Shown here: positions 1-9,080 of the stretch, one piece after another
Layout: every line of letters starts with the position of its first letter
Numbering within the stretch: position 1 is the first letter of the stretch
The notes under the pieces: model-generated
Databases searched by the model: none
The model's input: the letters and a program-made list of their open reading frames with translations, nothing else
What the model was told of the DNA's origin: nothing
IMG/VR virus record: IMGVR_UViG_3300044998_000632
Location: 1-52,384 of that record
Direction: 5' to 3' (one strand)
DNA from: a virus
Lineage: Duplodnaviria > Caudoviricetes
Length of the DNA: 52,384 bases
Position numbers and translations under genes: made by a program

Positions 1-2
1 TC

Positions 3-2072
3 CGCCAGCCGACGGCGACCGACAACAACGTCTTCAGCCGGCAGCAAGGCGCCGGCGGCGGTTACACGCCGACCTTCAAGTTCCGAGTCGCTTTCGGCTT
101 GTATTACGCCGAGACTGCTGACGTCGCGCAGTGCGAGATCAGCCACGGCGGCACGCCAGCCGGCACGCCGGTCGTGCTTGCCCAGGTGGTGTTCGGCACG
201 GGCCACAGCCTCTATGTCAACGGCGCCCTTCGAGACACCAGGACGGGCACCGTCGGGACGATTGACAACGTCCACTCGTCCAACCGCGTCAACATCGGCG
301 CTGCAGACGGCACAGAGAACGGCACGCCCTATGCCGGCGCTGGCATCGCGTGGGCCTACTACTGGAACCGCCAGCTTACCCCGGCCGAAATTGCGCGCAT
401 CTCGCGCGACCCGGCCTGCATCTTCGTCGCCACGCGGCGCCGGCCGACGCAAGCGCCACCTCCACCGCCTGCCACCGGCCCGCGCTCTGTCGCACTTGCC
501 GGCGCCGGTCCAACCGGCGCCGGCCCGGTCGGCCTGTACGTGCGTGGGGCGGCGGTGGCAGGTCCGCCAACACTCGCAGCCAACACCGGCGCATTCTCGT
601 ACGCGGGGAACGCAGCCAATCTCCTGTTCGGCCGGCGTGTGGCTGCCGACCCCGGCGAGTTCACGTACGCGGGGAATGCAGCCAATCTCCTGTTCGGCCG
701 GCGCGTTGCCGCCGATACGGGCACGTTCACCTACTCCGGCAACGCTGTTGACCTCCTGTTCAACCGGCGGGTGGCCGCCGATACGGGCACGTTCACCTAC
801 TCCGGGAACGCGGCTGATTTGCTGTATGCCCCTGTGGGGTCGTACACGCTCACCGCCGAGACCGGCGCATTCACCTACTCCGGGAACGATGCGGATCTCC
901 TGTTCAACCGGCGCGTTGCCGCCGATACGGGTACGTTTACCTACTCCGGGAACGCGGCCAATCTCCTGTTCGGCCGGCGCGTCGGAGCCGATACAGGCAC
1001 GTTCACGTACGCGGGGAACGACTCGGGGCTCCTGTACGCGCGGCGCATCACGGCTGATCCAGGCGCATTCACCTACTCCGGGAACAACGCCAATACGCTG
1101 TTTGGCCGGCGCGTCGGAGCCGACGCCGGTGCGTTCTCGTACAGCGGGAACGCAGCCAACCTACTGTACGCGCGGCGCATCGTCGCCGACGCTGGCGCGT
1201 TCGCCTACACAGGGAACGATGCGGATCTCCTGTTCAACAGGCGCGTCGCGGCGGACCCTGGCACGTTTTCGTACAGCGGGAACGCGGCTGATCTCCTGTT
1301 TGGCCGGCGTGTGGCCGCCGATACGGGCACGTTCACCTACTCCGGGAATGCTGCCGACTTCCTGTACGCGCGTCGACTGGCGGCGGACGCCGGTGCGTTC
1401 ACCTACACGGGGAACGACGCGGCGCTGGTGTACGCGCCCGTGGGGGCGTACACGCTGGTTGCTGAAACCGGTGCGTTCGTCTACTCCGGGAACGCCGTTG
1501 ACCTCCTGTTCAACCGGCGCGTTGCCGCCGATACGGGTACGTTCACCTACTCCGGCAACGCGGCTGATTTGCTGTTCGGGCGCAGAGTCGAGGTGGACCC
1601 TGGCACGTTCACCTATACGGGGAACGACGCTGACCTCGCGTACGCGCCGACCAACCGAACGCTCCTGGCGGATGGCGGCACCTTCGCTTACGCAGGCAAC
1701 GACGTCGAGCTGCGGTACGCTGCGTTTGGCGCTGGGGGATCGCGTGTCGCGGCCGCCCAAGCACTCTTGGCCGCGACGCAGCGTGAAGCAGCGCGCAAGC
1801 GAGCTCGCGAGCGCGCTCGCGCACCGGCGCTACCCGTCGCGCGCAACGTGCCGCGTCCGCCGAGCGAGCCGCTTCCGACGCAAGTTCTGCGGCCAGCTCC
1901 GGCTCCAGCTCCGGCTCCAGCTCCGGCTCCAGCTCCAGCTCCAGCTCCAGCTCCAGCTCCGGCAACCACCACCCCTGCGGCGGTCGCAGCGTCATCCCAA
2001 CGAGCGTTGATCCGTCGCGCGGTGGAGGACGCTGCGCTGCTTGCCGCCGCCCAGCCCAGGCTGCCACGCTAA
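3..2072 (+). CDS. Virion fibre/adhesin-like protein (5'-truncated): LamG/ConA-like domain, ~17 x 22-aa repeats, Pro-Ala linker
   Basis: The frame is open from the window start. It has a LamG-like C-terminal motif (SLYVNG...AYYWNRQLTPAEI), a repeat unit AxxGxFxYxGNxAxLLxxRRV and a (PA)n tract. Confidence 0.6.
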   Translation, partial: RQPTATDNNVFSRQQGAGGGYTPTFKFRVAFGLYYAETADVAQCEISHGGTPAGTPVVLAQVVFGTGHSLYVNGALRDTRTGTVGTIDNVHSSNRVNIGAADGTENGTPYAGAGIAWAYYWNRQLTPAEIARISRDPACIFVATRRRPTQAPPPPPATGPRSVALAGAGPTGAGPVGLYVRGAAVAGPPTLAANTGAFSYAGNAANLLFGRRVAADPGEFTYAGNAANLLFGRRVAADTGTFTYSGNAVDLLFNRRVAADTGTFTYSGNAADLLYAPVGSYTLTAETGAFTYSGNDADLLFNRRVAADTGTFTYSGNAANLLFGRRVGADTGTFTYAGNDSGLLYARRITADPGAFTYSGNNANTLFGRRVGADAGAFSYSGNAANLLYARRIVADAGAFAYTGNDADLLFNRRVAADPGTFSYSGNAADLLFGRRVAADTGTFTYSGNAADFLYARRLAADAGAFTYTGNDAALVYAPVGAYTLVAETGAFVYSGNAVDLLFNRRVAADTGTFTYSGNAADLLFGRRVEVDPGTFTYTGNDADLAYAPTNRTLLADGGTFAYAGNDVELRYAAFGAGGSRVAAAQALLAATQREAARKRARERARAPALPVARNVPRPPSEPLPTQVLRPAPAPAPAPAPAPAPAPAPAPAPATTTPAAVAASSQRALIRRAVEDAALLAAAQPRLPR
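577..1720 (+). repeat. ~17 degenerate ~66-bp coding tandem repeats
   Basis: Units such as AADTGTFTYSGNAVDLLFNRRV were counted in the translation. Three units carry a longer YAP-containing linker. Confidence 0.9.
1892..1963 (+). repeat. Hexamer tandem repeat CC(A/G)GCT encoding (PA)n
   Basis: Seen directly in the sequence. Confidence 0.9.
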
Positions 2073-2115
2073 CGGCCACTGCCGATGCAATCGAGAGTTT
2101 GAGGAGGGAAACTGA

Positions 2116-2331
2116 ATGAACCGGCAGATTCGCCACCTCCGTCGAGAGATGGACGAGCGACTCGACAACATCGTCCAAGCCATCCTGGCGGGCGGCATGA
2201 CGTATGAGGACTACCTGCGTGCTGCGGGGAAGGTTTCTGCGTATCGGGAATGCCTGGAAGAGATTACTCGCGTTGAGGCCAGCCTCGATGATTCTGATGA
2301 AACCGACTTAAACCTTGACGATTCTTCTTGA
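2116..2331 (+). CDS. Small hypothetical head-module protein
   Basis: Strong RBS (GAGGAGG) and a position just upstream of the GroES-like gene. Confidence 0.7.
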   Translation: MNRQIRHLRREMDERLDNIVQAILAGGMTYEDYLRAAGKVSAYRECLEEITRVEASLDDSDETDLNLDDSS

Positions 2332-2406
2332 ATCTATTACGCTGAATCTTGCAAGTGAAGCCCCACTTGCAACGCGCAACTACCCGGGTTCGCACCCCGC
2401 ACACTC

Positions 2407-2784
2407 ATGAAGCATCCCGAGAATCTCCCCCGTCCCGTCGGCTACAAGATCCTGGTCGTCGTGCCCAAGTTCGAGGACACCGACCCTACCGCAGCCCGTG
2501 CCCGTGCTCTGGGCATCGAAATCGCCAACAATGCGGCCCGCGTCGAAGAAGCCGCTTCCGTCGTGTTGCGAGTCGTCGCCATCGGCCCCGAGGCGTACAA
2601 AGACCGCTCACGGTTCCCTGACGGTCCCTGGTGCAAGGTCGGCGACTATGTGCTGACCCGGGCGTACTCTGGTACGCGCTTCTTCGTCGAGAATGCCGAC
2701 AAGAGCAAGATCGAGTACCGCTTCCTGAATGACGACGCCATCGAAGGCGTCACGTTCGACATCACCGGTATCAGCCGCATCTGA
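2407..2784 (+). CDS. GroES/Cpn10-like co-chaperonin
   Basis: Motifs RPVGYKILV, VVAIGPEAY and CKVGDYVL..YSGTRF..EYRFLNDDAI match the Cpn10 pattern. Confidence 0.8.
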   Translation: MKHPENLPRPVGYKILVVVPKFEDTDPTAARARALGIEIANNAARVEEAASVVLRVVAIGPEAYKDRSRFPDGPWCKVGDYVLTRAYSGTRFFVENADKSKIEYRFLNDDAIEGVTFDITGISRI

Positions 2785-2794
2785 GGAGCCCACC

Positions 2795-3874
2795 ATGCCG
2801 ATGGAAAAGACCGAGTACGACATCGACGTGAGCACGGACGACTCGCAGGACGCCAAGCCCCCGAGCGGTCCCTTTTCGGTGTTCGAGGACGAGGACGAGG
2901 ACGCAGGCATCGCGCCGGCGGGCAAGCCCGCGACCGCAGCGAGTGGCGAGGACGAAAACGAGAACGAGATCGAGGTCGTCGCTGATGACGAAGGCACGGC
3001 CAATGCTGCTCCGAGCGACGCGGACGGCGCGGATGACGCCGTTTCCGAGGAGGAGATGGCCGGCTACTCCGAGCGGGTCAAGAAGCGCATCAAGCAGATG
3101 ACGCTCAAGCAGCGCACGGCCGAGCGCAAGGCTGCGGAGTTTGCCCGCGAGAACGCGGTTGCTGTCGAGGTGCTGCGCCGCCAGCAAGAGAAGCTGAAGG
3201 AACTCAGCGCACTGATCAAGAACGGCGAGGCCCAGTACGTTTCCGCGGCGACCGCAGCACACGAGGGCAGTGTGGCTGCGGCGCGTACCGCGTTGCAATC
3301 GGCGATGGAGGAGGGCGACCCCGCCAAGATCGCTGATGCGCAAGTGGCGTTGACTGTGGCGGTTTCCCAACTCCAGCAGGCCAAGAGCTACCAGCCGGTG
3401 GCGCCGAAGGTCGAGCAGGACATCGAGGCGTTCACCCAGCCGGTTTCGCGTCCGGCGGAGGTCGATGCTGACGCGTTTGAACCCGACCCGGCGGCCAAGG
3501 CGTGGATGGGCAAGAACAAGTGGTTTGTCAAGCCGGCCGACACCACCGAGCGGCTCATGCGCAACATGGCCATCGAGTACGCCAATACCCTGGAGAGCCA
3601 GGGATACGACCCCATTGCGGACGCGGATGCGTACTACGCCGAGATCAACAAGCTCATGCGCCAGCGGTTTCCGGAGAAGTTTCCTGGAGCGCGTCCCGCG
3701 GCGACGCAGTCGCGTAGCGCGCCGTCAGCCGGTGCGGGGCAGTCCGCGCCGGCTGGGCAACCGGCCAAGCAGAAGATCAAGATCACCGAGTCGCAGGCCC
3801 GGATCGCGCGCAAGATGGGCATTCCGCTGGCGGAGTACGCCAAGGAGTACGCTCGTATGTACGGCACCTCTTGA
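2795..3874 (+). CDS. Putative capsid scaffolding protein
   Basis: Acidic N-terminus, coiled-coil middle and C-terminal ITESQARIARKMGIPLAEYAK. It lies upstream of the capsid genes, with RBS GAGGAG before ATG 2795. Confidence 0.65.
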   Translation: MPMEKTEYDIDVSTDDSQDAKPPSGPFSVFEDEDEDAGIAPAGKPATAASGEDENENEIEVVADDEGTANAAPSDADGADDAVSEEEMAGYSERVKKRIKQMTLKQRTAERKAAEFARENAVAVEVLRRQQEKLKELSALIKNGEAQYVSAATAAHEGSVAAARTALQSAMEEGDPAKIADAQVALTVAVSQLQQAKSYQPVAPKVEQDIEAFTQPVSRPAEVDADAFEPDPAAKAWMGKNKWFVKPADTTERLMRNMAIEYANTLESQGYDPIADADAYYAEINKLMRQRFPEKFPGARPAATQSRSAPSAGAGQSAPAGQPAKQKIKITESQARIARKMGIPLAEYAKEYARMYGTS

Positions 3875-3918
3875 CATCCACAGGTTTGTAAGTGCAAACT
3901 TCTACGAAGGGAATGGGT

Positions 3919-4416
3919 ATGGCCCAGCAGAATTCGCCGCAACGAATCCCCCGGGACACGGCGACCCGCGAGACCGAAGTCAGAACCCCCCGGCAGTGGC
4001 TTCCACCGTCACTGTTGCCTGAACCGGCCCCCGAGCCCGGCTATGTCCTCCACTGGAAGCGACTGTCGGTGCATGGCGAGCCTGACGTGACCCACTTCAA
4101 CAAGATCCTGCGGGAAGGCTGGGAGCCGTGCAAGCTCTCCGACCACCCCGAACTGCGGATGAACGTCAACCCACGGGCTGACGGACAGTTTGCGGACATG
4201 ATCGAGATGGGCGGGCTGATCCTGTGCCGGATGCCGAAGGAACTGCGCGACCAGCGTAACGCCTACTACAGCAATCTGGCCAATGCTCAGCAGCAACGCG
4301 TCACAACTGACTATCTGTCCAAGAGCGACCCCCGAATGCCCATGCTCGATCCGACTGTGACCTCCAAGGTCGAGTTCGGTCGAGACCGTGCAAGCGGGGA
4401 CTCCGACGAATCATGA
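3919..4416 (+). CDS. Conserved phage head-module protein
   Basis: W-PP-LLP-P, REGWEP and GGLILCRMP motifs are typical of the gene preceding the capsid genes in this phage type. Confidence 0.65.
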   Translation: MAQQNSPQRIPRDTATRETEVRTPRQWLPPSLLPEPAPEPGYVLHWKRLSVHGEPDVTHFNKILREGWEPCKLSDHPELRMNVNPRADGQFADMIEMGGLILCRMPKELRDQRNAYYSNLANAQQQRVTTDYLSKSDPRMPMLDPTVTSKVEFGRDRASGDSDES

Positions 4417-4436
4417 GCCTTTGAAGAGGTTTCCTC

Positions 4437-5048
4437 ATGGCACTCACCGCTGCTCCCTACGGCCTTCGGCCGGTCAATCGCCAGGGCGCGACGCCGTCTG
4501 CTGGCGGCAATACCCGCATGATGCACATGACGGTCAACGTGGCCACGTCGATGGCCGCGGGCGCCGTGGTGGTCCTGGGCACAAACGGCGAAGTGACCGT
4601 GCCCGCGACGACGCCGGCCATTGCCACGACTACGCCGATCCTTGGGGTGATCTCGGGCTTCCGCTTCGTGGATCCGATCCTACGTTACGAGCTGTACGAC
4701 ACCTTCCTGCCGGCCAACGCCATTACGGCGGGTTACACGCAGGTGCGCGTGTACGTGCATGACGATCCGGACCAGCTCTTCTTGGTCCAGGCCGGTGCGT
4801 CGGTGACCCGGGCGCAGATCGGCCTGAACTTCGGGCTGTCGAACACCCAGGCCAACTCGGCGGTCACCAAGCGGTCGACCACGGCGCTGAACGCGGCTTC
4901 GGCTACGGCAACCACCACGGCGGTCACCGTGCGGCTGGTGGACTTCTTGGAGTCGGGTACCTCCACGGCGGGCGACTCTTTCACGGACTGCATCGTGCGC
5001 TGGGTCCCCGGCGCCCATGCGTACGAAAAGGGCGCGGGTCCGAGCTGA
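4437..5048 (+). CDS. Putative capsid decoration/cement protein
   Basis: APYGLRPV N-terminus and V-DDPD-LF-VQ motif, directly upstream of the major capsid gene. Confidence 0.6.
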   Translation: MALTAAPYGLRPVNRQGATPSAGGNTRMMHMTVNVATSMAAGAVVVLGTNGEVTVPATTPAIATTTPILGVISGFRFVDPILRYELYDTFLPANAITAGYTQVRVYVHDDPDQLFLVQAGASVTRAQIGLNFGLSNTQANSAVTKRSTTALNAASATATTTAVTVRLVDFLESGTSTAGDSFTDCIVRWVPGAHAYEKGAGPS

Positions 5049-5092
5049 TCGGAACTCCTCCCCACCTGACATCCACCTGAAGGAGCCCCATC

Positions 5093-6022
5093 ATGGCCAT
5101 TTCTCGCGCACAGATGCTCAAGGAGCTGATCCCTGGGCTCAACAAGCTGTTCGGCATGACCTACAAGCGCTACGCGGAGCAGTGGCGCGCGATGTTCGAG
5201 GTCCAGCGCTCCGATCGTTCGTTCGAGGAGGAGGTCAAGCTCTCGGGCTTCGCCCTGCCATCGGCGAAGGAAGAGGGTGCCAGCATCGCCTACGACGAAG
5301 CCCAGGAAGCCTGGACGGCGCGTTATGTCCACCAGACGGTGGCCATGGGTTTCGCCATCACCGAGGAGGCGATTGAGGACAATCTGTACGACTCGCTGGC
5401 CACCCGCTACACCAAGGCGATGGCCCGGTCGATGGCGTATGCCAAGAACGTCCGCGGCGCGAACATCTTCAACAACGGCTTCAATTCGTCCTTTCCGGGC
5501 GGTGACGGCGTGTCGCTGTTCTCCACGGCCCACCCGTTGATTGGCGGCGGCGTCAACGCCAACCGCCCGGCCACCGGGGTGGACCTGAACGAGACCGCCA
5601 TCGAAGCCGGTGTGATCCAGATGGCCAAGTGGACCGATGAGCGCGGTCTGCTGGTGGCAGCCAAGCCGCAGAAGCTGATCGTGCCGCAGGATCTGGACTT
5701 CGTGGCCACCCGACTGCTGCGTTCCGAGCTGCGGACCACGCTCTCGGCGGTGAACACGTTCGCACCGAACGACGTCAACGCCATGGTCGTGAACTCGACC
5801 TTCCCGGGCGGGTACGTGGTCAACAACTTCCTGACCGACGTCAACGCGTGGTTCATGATGACGGACGTGGAAGACGGCCTGAAGTACTTCCAGCGGGTGA
5901 GCATGAAGACCTCTTCCGAGGGCGACTTCGACACGGGCAACATCCGGTACAAGGCCCGCGAGCGCTACAGCTTCGGCTGGAGCGATCCGCTGGCGGTGTG
6001 GGGCTCGCCCGGCTCGACCTGA
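5093..6022 (+). CDS. Major capsid protein (HK97 fold, Mu gpT-like family)
   Basis: MAISRAQMLKELIPGLN...SDRSFEEEV...GGDGVSLFSTAHP...GDFDTGNIRYKARERYSFGWSDP. Strong codon bias and RBS AAGGAG. Confidence 0.9.
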   Translation: MAISRAQMLKELIPGLNKLFGMTYKRYAEQWRAMFEVQRSDRSFEEEVKLSGFALPSAKEEGASIAYDEAQEAWTARYVHQTVAMGFAITEEAIEDNLYDSLATRYTKAMARSMAYAKNVRGANIFNNGFNSSFPGGDGVSLFSTAHPLIGGGVNANRPATGVDLNETAIEAGVIQMAKWTDERGLLVAAKPQKLIVPQDLDFVATRLLRSELRTTLSAVNTFAPNDVNAMVVNSTFPGGYVVNNFLTDVNAWFMMTDVEDGLKYFQRVSMKTSSEGDFDTGNIRYKARERYSFGWSDPLAVWGSPGST

Positions 6023-6041
6023 TCGAGTACACAACGGATAC

Positions 6042-6066
6042 GGCGGGGGCTTAGGCCCCCGTCTTT
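6042..6066 (+). terminator. Rho-independent terminator after the major capsid gene
   Basis: Hairpin GGCGGGGGC-TTAG-GCCCCCGTC followed by TTT. Confidence 0.7.
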
Positions 6067-6084
6067 CCATCTACGGAGTCCTGT

Positions 6085-6387
6085 ATGTCCGTCAACCTCT
6101 ACAGCATCGCTCCGGGCAGCTCGTTCCAAGTTGCCACGTCAGTGACCAGCGCGGCCACTGCCCCCATCACTGCCCGCTCGGTGATGCTCACCTGCACCGT
6201 GGGTACGTTCGTGCGGGTTGGTTCGCCTGACGGCGCGACGCCGACGGCGCTGGCCGACGGCACGGATGCGTACATTGCGCCGAACGAGGCGTATTTCCTC
6301 CGCATCACCCCCGGCTGCAGGCTCGCATTCATACTCCCGACCGGCACGGGAGTGGCGTATGTCACTCCCGGGGCCATGAATGTCTAA
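6085..6387 (+). CDS. Small virion protein (beta-rich)
   Basis: ORF with RBS GGAG, immediately after the capsid terminator. Confidence 0.6.
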   Translation: MSVNLYSIAPGSSFQVATSVTSAATAPITARSVMLTCTVGTFVRVGSPDGATPTALADGTDAYIAPNEAYFLRITPGCRLAFILPTGTGVAYVTPGAMNV

Positions 6388-6559
6388 GTCCAAGGCCAAC
6401 GCCGCGGGCAACTACACGAAGCCCGGCATGCGCAAGGCGATCTTCGAGAAGATCAAGGCCGCGCCCGTGCAGGGGACCAAGGCAGGGCAGTGGTCCGCGA
6501 GGAAAGCGCAGCTTCTGGTCAAGGAATACAAGGCCAAGGGCGGCGGGTACAAGGACTGA
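6380..6559 (+). CDS. 59-aa basic protein, DUF5872-like N-terminal half (not in ORF track)
   Basis: Manual translation: MSKSKANAAGNYTKPGMRKAIFEKIKAAPVQGTKAGQWSARKAQLLVKEYKAKGGGYKD. Confidence 0.75.
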   Translation: MSKSKANAAGNYTKPGMRKAIFEKIKAAPVQGTKAGQWSARKAQLLVKEYKAKGGGYKD

Positions 6560-6561
6560 TC

Positions 6562-6807
6562 ATGAAGGCCCCGCAGAAGTCTCTGAAGGCTTGGACCGAC
6601 CAGAAGTGGACGACCAAGAGCGGGAAGCCATCCAGTCAGACTGGCGAGCGGTACTTGCCCAAGGCAGCGATCGAGGCGCTGTCGGCCGAGGAGTACGCGG
6701 CTACCACCGCGGCGAAGCGTCGGGGCACTGCGGCGGGCAAGCAGTTCGTTGCCCAGCCCAGCAGAATCGCGGACAAGGTTCGCCCTTACCGCCAGAAAGG
6801 CAAGTGA
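6562..6807 (+). CDS. Basic protein, DUF5872-like C-terminal half
   Basis: Motifs QKSLKAWTDQKWTTKSGK, GERYLPKAA and GKQFVAQP. Confidence 0.7.
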   Translation: MKAPQKSLKAWTDQKWTTKSGKPSSQTGERYLPKAAIEALSAEEYAATTAAKRRGTAAGKQFVAQPSRIADKVRPYRQKGK

Positions 6808-7076
6808 TGGCCAAGACCCCTGCGTGGACCAGGAAAGAGGGGAAAGATCCGGACGGTGGCCTTAACGCCAAGGGCCGCGCCTCCTACAATCGGGCGAACC
6901 CCGGCAAGCCGGGGTTGAAAGCACCGGCACCGAACCCGAAAAACGAGAAGGATGCAGCGCGGCGGGATTCATTCTGTGCCCGGATGAAGGGAATGAAGGC
7001 CAAGCTCACGAGCAAGAAGACGGCCAATGACCCGAATTCGCGCATCAACAAGAGCCTGCGGGCTTGGAACTGCTGA
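6807..7076 (+). CDS. Basic phage protein (DUF6321-like)
   Basis: AWTRKEGKDPDGGLNAKGRASY...RRDSFCARM...LRAWNC, with TGATG translational coupling. Confidence 0.7.
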   Translation: MAKTPAWTRKEGKDPDGGLNAKGRASYNRANPGKPGLKAPAPNPKNEKDAARRDSFCARMKGMKAKLTSKKTANDPNSRINKSLRAWNC

Positions 7077-7087
7077 AGGAGCACGCC

Positions 7088-7225
7088 ATGAAGTCGATGA
7101 AGAAGCCGATGGGCAAGAGCAAGATGCCGATGCCGTTCGCACCCCGCATGGGCGCCCAGCCTGCCATGAAGCAGGGCAAGGGCAAGCCGTTCGCCATGGG
7201 CGGCAAAGTCAAGAAGGGTTGCTGA
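7088..7225 (+). CDS. 45-aa Lys/Met-rich peptide (not in ORF track)
   Basis: RBS AAGGAG. Translation: MKSMKKPMGKSKMPMPFAPRMGAQPAMKQGKGKPFAMGGKVKKGC. Confidence 0.65.
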   Translation: MKSMKKPMGKSKMPMPFAPRMGAQPAMKQGKGKPFAMGGKVKKGC

Positions 7226-7226
7226 C

Positions 7227-7493
7227 ATGTCGCGGTACATGTCCCAGGCCGAGTTCCTCTACGGCCCCAAGAAAGGCGAGGAGCGTACGTCGGAGCCCCC
7301 GCCCCGCACGCAGGGGCGTGAGGATTCGCGCCCGCCGCGGCGCCAGCCCCAGGCGTCCGAGATCCGCAATCCGCGCGAAACCATCGAGCGGCGCATGCGA
7401 GACGCCGAAGATGAGCAAAGGTTTGCCAAGGGCGGCGCGGTGCGCCTGCAGTACAAGCGAGCGTGCGGGCACCGCAAGGCCGGCATGAAGTAA
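7227..7493 (+). CDS. Small charged protein with FAKGG motif
   Basis: ORF tiles tightly between its neighbours. Confidence 0.65.
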   Translation: MSRYMSQAEFLYGPKKGEERTSEPPPRTQGREDSRPPRRQPQASEIRNPRETIERRMRDAEDEQRFAKGGAVRLQYKRACGHRKAGMK

Positions 7494-7494
7494 C

Positions 7495-8145
7495 GTGATT
7501 TTCGACCTGCACGAGTGTTTCGAGGACGCCGCCGAACGGGCGGGTATCGAACTGCGCACCGGCTTCGACTTCAAGTCGATGCGTCGCTCGCTGCACTTCC
7601 TGCTGCGCGAGTGGGCCAACGACGGCTACAACCTCTACGCCATTCAGCCGCTCACGTTGCCGTTGGTGGCAGGCACGACCACGTACGCGCTGCCGGCCGA
7701 CTGCATTGACGTCAGCGATGTCGTGATTCGCTCCAACGTAGGCACCGCGCAGCAGGCGGACATCACGGTCAACCGGATTTCATTGGCGGACTACCACGCG
7801 TACACCAACAAGCTCGCGCGCGGACGCCCGACGCAGTTCACTGTCGAGCGGCGCACGACGTCGTCGATCACTTTCTACCTGTGCCCGGAGCAGGCGTACA
7901 CGGCGGTCCTGTGGTATATGCAGTACGTCGTCGAGCCCGACGCGGGTGAGGCGGTGCCGTCGGTCCCCGACCGGTTCGTTCCTGCGTTGATCAGCGGCTT
8001 GGCCTACCACCTCGCGCTCAAGCGCCCTGCCTTGGCCGACCGCATCGCAACACTCGGGTCAGAGTACCAGCGCCAGTGGGGGCTCGCCAAGGACGAAGAC
8101 CGCGACCGCGCCGACTTCTACGTGCTGCCGTTCAACACGAGGTAA
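7495..8145 (+). CDS. Head-tail adaptor/connector-like protein
   Basis: Motifs EDAAERAG, RRSL-LL-EWAN, KLARGRPTQF and P-RF-PAL-GLAY-LA. Confidence 0.7.
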   Translation: MIFDLHECFEDAAERAGIELRTGFDFKSMRRSLHFLLREWANDGYNLYAIQPLTLPLVAGTTTYALPADCIDVSDVVIRSNVGTAQQADITVNRISLADYHAYTNKLARGRPTQFTVERRTTSSITFYLCPEQAYTAVLWYMQYVVEPDAGEAVPSVPDRFVPALISGLAYHLALKRPALADRIATLGSEYQRQWGLAKDEDRDRADFYVLPFNTR

Positions 8146-8147
8146 CC

Positions 8148-9080
8148 ATGCCCCGCTTCGCCTCGGGCAAATATGCGCTTGGTGAATGCGACCGGTGCGG
8201 GTTCGCCGTGCCATATCGGTCGCTGGTACCGGACACGACCATGGGTCGCCCCAACGGGTTGCGTGTGTGTCCATCCTGCGTTGACGCTGAGCAGCCCCAG
8301 GAGACCCTCCTACCCCGGCTGCGGGTTGACGACCCGCAGGCCCTGCAGTTCGCGCGCCCTCAGCAGAACCTGGAGCAGCAGCGGCGATTGCGCCGCCCGG
8401 TGTACGTCACGACGCCCTACATCGGCCGACTGCGGACCACTTGTACCTCGCTGTCCGTCTTGTCGGTGCCGTTCGTTTTCGGCAGTGCCGTTGACGTCGT
8501 GGGCGCAGCAACGCCTACCCTGACGGGTTCTCCCGCCATCACGTTCAGCGCTGGATATGCCGCCCTCCCGGGGAGTTCAACATCCCAACTTGCCTACACG
8601 GGAGGCTTGTTGACGCAGGATTCAAGCAGGGCGCTGACGTTGCAGTTCTGGACGCGTTGGAATGCTCTGTGGACGGATCAGGCGAGCAACCTCATCAGCA
8701 TCACATCGGGCGTTGGCCAGTCCAGGCTGCAGTTCACCTGGCTTCACAACAATCCAAGCATCCGGCGCTTGCAGATTGGTCAGGTCGGGCGCTTTTCCGA
8801 TACCGATGTGTCTACCGACATCGCATCGGGGACGTGGGTGCATGTGGCTCTGGTGATTCCCGCCGGTATCGACCCGATGGCTCGCGTGTACTTGAACGGC
8901 GTACAAACGTGGTCGGCCGCCATCGGCCGCAGTGCAGGCGGCACTCTTGACCCGATCATTGGGCCGCTTGGCGTCGGATCGGGCGGGCCGGCGCAGGTCG
9001 ACATCGATGACGTGTGGCTGTCGCGTAATGAGCTTTACGTCGGCGCCTTCACGCCGCCAGCGCGAAGCCTGCAACCGTGA
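8148..9080 (+). CDS. CxxC/CxxC Zn-ribbon domain fused to a LamG/ConA-like domain
   Basis: N-terminus GECDRCG...VCPSC, C-terminus TLQFW...WVHVALV...RVYLNG...IDDVWLS...Y-GAFTPP. Confidence 0.7.
   Translation: MPRFASGKYALGECDRCGFAVPYRSLVPDTTMGRPNGLRVCPSCVDAEQPQETLLPRLRVDDPQALQFARPQQNLEQQRRLRRPVYVTTPYIGRLRTTCTSLSVLSVPFVFGSAVDVVGAATPTLTGSPAITFSAGYAALPGSSTSQLAYTGGLLTQDSSRALTLQFWTRWNALWTDQASNLISITSGVGQSRLQFTWLHNNPSIRRLQIGQVGRFSDTDVSTDIASGTWVHVALVIPAGIDPMARVYLNGVQTWSAAIGRSAGGTLDPIIGPLGVGSGGPAQVDIDDVWLSRNELYVGAFTPPARSLQP

Noticed and set aside
577-1720. 66-bp repeats as a CRISPR array or DGR template/variable repeats
   Set aside because: They are contiguous in-frame coding repeats with largely synonymous variation, and no reverse transcriptase is present in the window.
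178-2010. 610-aa alternative-frame ORF
   Set aside because: Arg/Pro/Ser-rich translation of the repeat region in the wrong frame.
4733-6070. Long antisense ORF over the capsid gene (likewise 30369-31598, 45395-46852, 48821-50518)
   Set aside because: These are shadow ORFs caused by high GC3 on the true coding strand; they have no motifs or RBS.
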